Shown in pieces: positions 61,126 to 64,000 of a stretch of 64,000 nt of DNA (the stretch's first letter is position 1; every line of letters starts with the position of its first letter). The position numbers and the translations under genes are program-made. The stretch lies in the NCBI GenBank assembly GCA_051294375.1, contig CM119269.1:13238790-13302789 (forward strand). The letters are read 5' to 3'. The notes beneath the pieces were generated by a model that saw only the letters and a program-made list of their open reading frames with translations, searched no databases and was not told the DNA's origin. Source of the DNA: Paraspadella gotoi (lineage: Eukaryota > Animalia > Chaetognatha).

Positions 61126-63492
61126 TTGCTTGACCTGCACAACCACAAATCTTTCTGCAAAGTCTTTCATGTTCCCATGTCTCGCGAGTTCTTTTGCAAT
61201 CATCATCTTCAAGTCTCCCATCTGAGTAGCGTTGTATTCGCTGATGTCGCCCGAGATAGACGAGAATGGATATGAGGCGAAGTTTGAACGGTCTAGACCT
61301 CGCAGAATCTGAGATGAGAGCAAGTTGAAGAGGCGAAGCGTTGAGCCCAAACAAGGCGATGGTCGGCGGCCGGGCCGCCAGAGGAAATGAAATTAATTTA
61401 AATGAAACACCTATAAGGAATATTGTATGTTATCAGTGTGGAGCCTACATAGAACGCCGTGCCACTCTACTAAAGAACGACTAAAAACGAAGGGGCACGT
61501 GGCTAACAGCAATGAACAAAATGAAGTCGCTAAAAGGTAAAATTAAAATGACCTAAAACTAACTATCTTTTTCCCTATTTTTGTTGTTCTTTTTTTACAC
61601 TTAAAAAGTGAGTATCACCATCGATCACCTCGAACGTTTGGTTGATCAAAGTATAGTTGGTTCCCCCGAGGAGGATGACGACGGGTCCCGCGGCCAACTT
61701 CTCCGCGAAAGATGCAGAGGCGTTGCGAAGTCTCTCGACGGAGTCCTGGTCAGTCCCGTTCGTTGTGATTTTGAGGTCGACATAATTTGCTAAAGAGATG
61801 GGAGAGAGTGTTGAAGAAAGAGAGAGATAGAGAGAGAGCGAGCTATGATATTGATTTAACCAATATAAAAAATAATTCTGTGGCGGTATATTCACTCCGC
61901 CTCACGTCAATCAAAGTTCAGCCAATCCCATTGCCACAGAGGGGGAACGCACCCAATTAGCCTATTAGTCGTTGCGTTCCATCCACAGTCCTAACGACTT
62001 CCCTCCCTGGCAAAGCGTGACAGTCCTAGGGTAGCCGCGCCAGTGACTGGATGCGTCACTGAGGGTAGGAAGACCCCAAAGCCAACAGTGAGATGCCCCA
62101 ACTCAATGGGCATCACAGGCAACCTGGCTGTTGCTATAGTTCATTCATTTGATAAACAAGCTATCTTGCCACTGACTTTAAGCTATAGTGGGTTACAAAG
62201 GAATAATACAGTTTCAATCAAGAATCTTTTACAGTATGATTTAATAACTTTCATAGTGCTCCTTATCAGTCAAATTGTTATAAATATTTTTTTACTCTTT
62301 CGATTGGATTAAAGGGCCACTCCTTTAAATGTAAGAACTGTGAATACTATATTATATTCCGCGCTGGAATCATACAAGAAGCCAATTGTTATGAAATTGT
62401 TATCAACGGACAAGAAAAGACAGACAGACAGACCGAAAAGTATCTAACTGAGTCGCTTATGGCGACTGAAAAACTATCATCACCTCTGAGGTCCATAAGC
62501 TTGACGATCGCATTGAGATACTCGGCCAAGGTCGTTTCCAAATATCCACGGAAAGACACCGTGTCGTTGAGGTTTTGATCGAAGGTCAAATTGACGACTC
62601 TGTACATCTTGGCCACGGACGGTTTGGGCAACATCTCGGCCGTTGGACGGACGGTTGTATCATCATCATCATCGTCTGTTGGTGTAGCCGTGCCATTGTC
62701 GCATGGACAGTAGATGTCACAGTGGATTCATCGGAGATCGTCAGTTGGTGTAGCAGTGTCATTATCCATGGATGGACTAGATGTTGCAGTTTCATTATCC
62801 GGACTATCAGTTGTTGTGACAGATCATTAGCCATAGATGAAATAGGTGTCGTTGTATCATTAGATGGACTATCAGTAGTAGTGTCGGTGCTCATTACGGT
62901 TCCATTAGACGACATTGGTGAATCCGTGGCGTTAACTATCGTACTGTTCGTCGTCATTGGCATCGTGGTGTGTTCCATAGACATCGTACTGTTGTCCATC
63001 GGCATTGTGGTGTAGTCCGTCGGCAACATTGTGCTATTCTCAGACATCGTGCTGTTGTCCATAGGCATTGTGGTGTAGTCCGTCGGCAACATTGTGCTAT
63101 TCTCAGACATCGTGCTGTTGTCCATAGGCATGTGGTGTGTCCGTCGGCAACATTGTGCTATTCAGACATCGTGCTGTTGTCCATAGGCATCGTGGTGTTG
63201 TCCTTCGGCATTGTGCTATTCATAGACATCGTGCTGTTGTCTATAGGCATTGTGGTGTAGTCCGTCGGCAACATTGTGCTATTCTCAGACATCGTGCTGT
63301 GTCCATAGGCATTGTGGTGTAGTCCGTCGGCAACATTGTGCTATTCATAGACATCGTGCTGTTGTCCATCGTGTTGTTGTTCATCGTGGTGTTGTCCGCC
63401 ATGGTCGAATTGACAGTGTTTCCTTTCGTTGTTGGCGCCAACAGCAAGAGCGCCAAGGGCAGAAGAAGCAAGACCAATTGGTTTCGTTCCAT
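56728..63492 (-). CDS. Type-I transmembrane mucin-like glycoprotein with Met/Thr/Asn-rich repeats and several SEA-like domains (~11 exons)
   Basis: Signal peptide MERNQLVLLLLPLALLLLAPTTKG; 21-aa repeats; domains such as VVNLTFDQNL..., VNFTFTIDVNAT...IREEFKEDLEEYLAKRL, FPIDFRVPGNL...ILYN|GSIGV; Thr/Pro stalk; TM LSGGAIAGIVIAVIVIIIAVIAGIYY followed by KLKQK (57144-57027); last exon RIKMASVKQA*. Some indels occur in the repeat exon. Confidence 0.8.
59590..59672. repeat. (CAGA)n-containing short element end, possibly Helentron/HINE-like; related motifs near 31493 and 62417
   Basis: AATGTTCCCGGACTGACAGACAGACAGACAGACAGAAAAG...GTGACTAATAAA. The classification is only suggestive. Confidence 0.3.
60230..60420 (-). 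mobile_element. SINE-like element with partial tRNA-like head, in a mucin intron
   Basis: GC-rich island. On the minus strand it has a B-box-like CCGGGTTTCATCCCC, then hairpins CAGTGAC/GTCACTG and GATGCC/GGCATC shared with family B. Confidence 0.5.
61440..61565 (-). repeat. Short dispersed repeat family C (AGATGGCACGGCGTCTATGTAGGCTCC)
   Basis: Reverse complement matches 36452-36563 in the paramyosin-like intron. Confidence 0.65.
61878..62140 (+). mobile_element. Family B element, second copy, in mucin intron 1
   Basis: Matches the reverse complement of 20436-20690. Confidence 0.75.
62965..63400 (-). repeat. 63-bp coding tandem repeat (MPMDNSTMSENSTMLPTDYTT)n
   Basis: Units start at 63001 and 63064 (period 63); about 5-6 copies. 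Confidence 0.92.
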
Positions 63493-64000
63493 CCTTGCGA
63501 TCGTCGATCCTCCGATTGGAATCTCGACGCGATCGCGCGGGGATTATTATAAACGTTAAGGCGAATAAATCGGTTTTTATTTTAATATACAAAATTTTTT
63601 TTTCTGTATTGTCGAGAAGGAATTAAAAAAATATAAAATTATTCACTCGATTTTGAAGCAAAAGAAACAGGTTTTCATTCCTCGGGTCGTAATATCTAGA
63701 CAGAAACAGATAGAGAGAGATTGAAAAGAGGAACGCGATCCTTTTTAATTCCAATACACATTTTCGTGTTTCTTTTTTTTCTTTTTTTCTTTTTTACTGC
63801 CGGTTAAATCCCGAAAACCGGGCTCTCCCAGTTTTATACTTTTCAAGCGATTCGATGTCGATTTAATTCATCAAATTTTTTTTACTCACACTTATTAGGG
63901 GGAAAATAAGCTTTTTTTTTATTAAACCTTGATATAAATAAAACTTTTAGTAAATACCAAAAAAGAAACTTTGATCAGAAATTATAATGCTAAGAATTTT

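Noticed and set aside
62040-62095. Hammerhead ribozyme (CTGA...AAA with stems)
   Set aside because: Lacks the canonical CUGANGA and GAAA core and a clear stem III/UH site.

Overview
Invertebrate bilaterian genomic DNA with AT-rich introns, short exons and (AG)n/(CT)n microsatellites, from a draft assembly containing N-gaps and indel-rich duplicated segments. Identifiable genes: the 3' two-thirds of beta-catenin (intronless here), a five-exon paraxis/scleraxis bHLH gene, an intact 8-exon secreted or GPI-type alpha-carbonic anhydrase, a divergent and apparently shortened paramyosin-like coiled-coil gene, and a type-I membrane mucin with Met/NST-rich repeats and SEA-like domains. Two further spliced genes are unidentified. 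Mobile DNA includes a decayed DIRS retrotransposon, a ~660-bp TRIM whose LTRs contain a tRNA-like Pol III module (Helenus/Cassandra-like), and several short dispersed repeats. Two ~8-kb-arm palindromes (14.8-30.6 kb and 42.1-60.2 kb) and further noisy direct copies dominate the layout. Internal evidence indicates these are most likely long-read gap-fill, fold-back or haplotype artefacts rather than real gene duplications. Exon coordinates were derived by hand and are approximate in the noisy segments.
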